DNA of 6,073 nucleotides from a virus (Duplodnaviria; Heunggongvirae; Uroviricota; Caudoviricetes): IMG/VR virus record IMGVR_UViG_2706794698_000016; one strand, 5' to 3'. Shown piece by piece: positions 5,969 to 6,073 of this stretch (position 1 is its first letter; each line of letters starts with the position of its first letter). The notes under the pieces were generated by a model. It saw only the letters and a program-made list of their open reading frames with translations, ran no database searches and was not told where the DNA came from. The position numbers and the translations under genes were made by a program.

Positions 5969-6073
5969 TGAGGTAGCCTGAGTTTAACGGACACTCCTTC
6001 CTGAAATAGAATGGCATCAGAAGGAGCTAATAATGAGCAGAAAAACCCAACGTTACTCTAAAGAGTTCAAAGC
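5969..6073 (+). mobile_element. IS3-family insertion sequence, IS600-like, left end (continues off the right edge)
   Basis: TGAGGTAGCCTGAGTTTAACGGACAC... from 5969 resembles the IS600 left inverted repeat as I remember it (IS3-family ends start with TG and often contain GGACAC). It is followed by AAGGAG and an orfA-like start. The exact boundary is uncertain by a few bases. Confidence 0.65.
6033..6073 (+). CDS. IS3-family transposase OrfA, N-terminal 13 codons (MSRKTQRYSKEFK...)
   Basis: ATG at 6033-6035 with AAGGAG SD at 6021-6026. The SKEFK motif is typical of the IS3-family OrfA helix-turn-helix N-terminus. Confidence 0.7.
   Translation, partial: MSRKTQRYSKEFK

Noticed and set aside
5380-5994. 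204-aa minus-strand track ORF read as one protein (MSVKL...)
   Set aside because: It is a composite: its start lies inside the IS end, the middle is masked, and its last 20 residues are in a different frame from the genuine tfa' frame. It is annotated instead as the stf' fragment (5703-5967) plus tfa' (5075-5442 and upstream).
1-6073. CRISPR arrays, tRNA or rRNA genes
   Set aside because: No regularly spaced direct repeats, no tRNA-like cloverleaf candidates and no rRNA-like sequence seen in the unmasked parts.

Overview
This window looks like a decayed, mosaic prophage tail-fibre region of an Escherichia/Shigella-type genome. The combination of an IS1 end, an IS600-like IS3-family end and an ipaH gene suggests a Shigella or EIEC chromosomal ipaH island. 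Left to right: the 3' end of IS1 (1-103); a Rha-family phage regulator (457-975, middle masked); a small unknown ORF and a short tail-fibre-assembly (tfa) gene on the minus strand; an AT-rich class I SAM-dependent methyltransferase cargo gene (1724-2392) bracketed by ~145-bp direct repeats; a truncated Pin-like serine invertase pseudogene fused to a tfa 3' remnant (2450-2773, minus); an ipaH gene whose LRR domain is visible but which has no room for the NEL ligase domain (2850-3743); and a convergent tail-fibre cassette (stf variable segment + tfa on plus, tfa' + stf' on minus, 3726-5968) of the kind that Pin/Gin invertases flip. That cassette appears dead: the plus stf copy carries an in-frame TAG, the minus copy is split by the IS600-like element (5969 to end), and the only invertase copy is a pseudogene. 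Five N-masked runs (259-452, 729-942, 2730-2788, 3475-3725, 5443-5702) hide several key junctions. I do not see an intact, clearly novel system; the two most unusual items are the methyltransferase cargo gene and the ipaH LRR sitting between the pin remnant and the tail-fibre segment. All assignments rest on reading the translations and on remembered family sequences, not on any database search.
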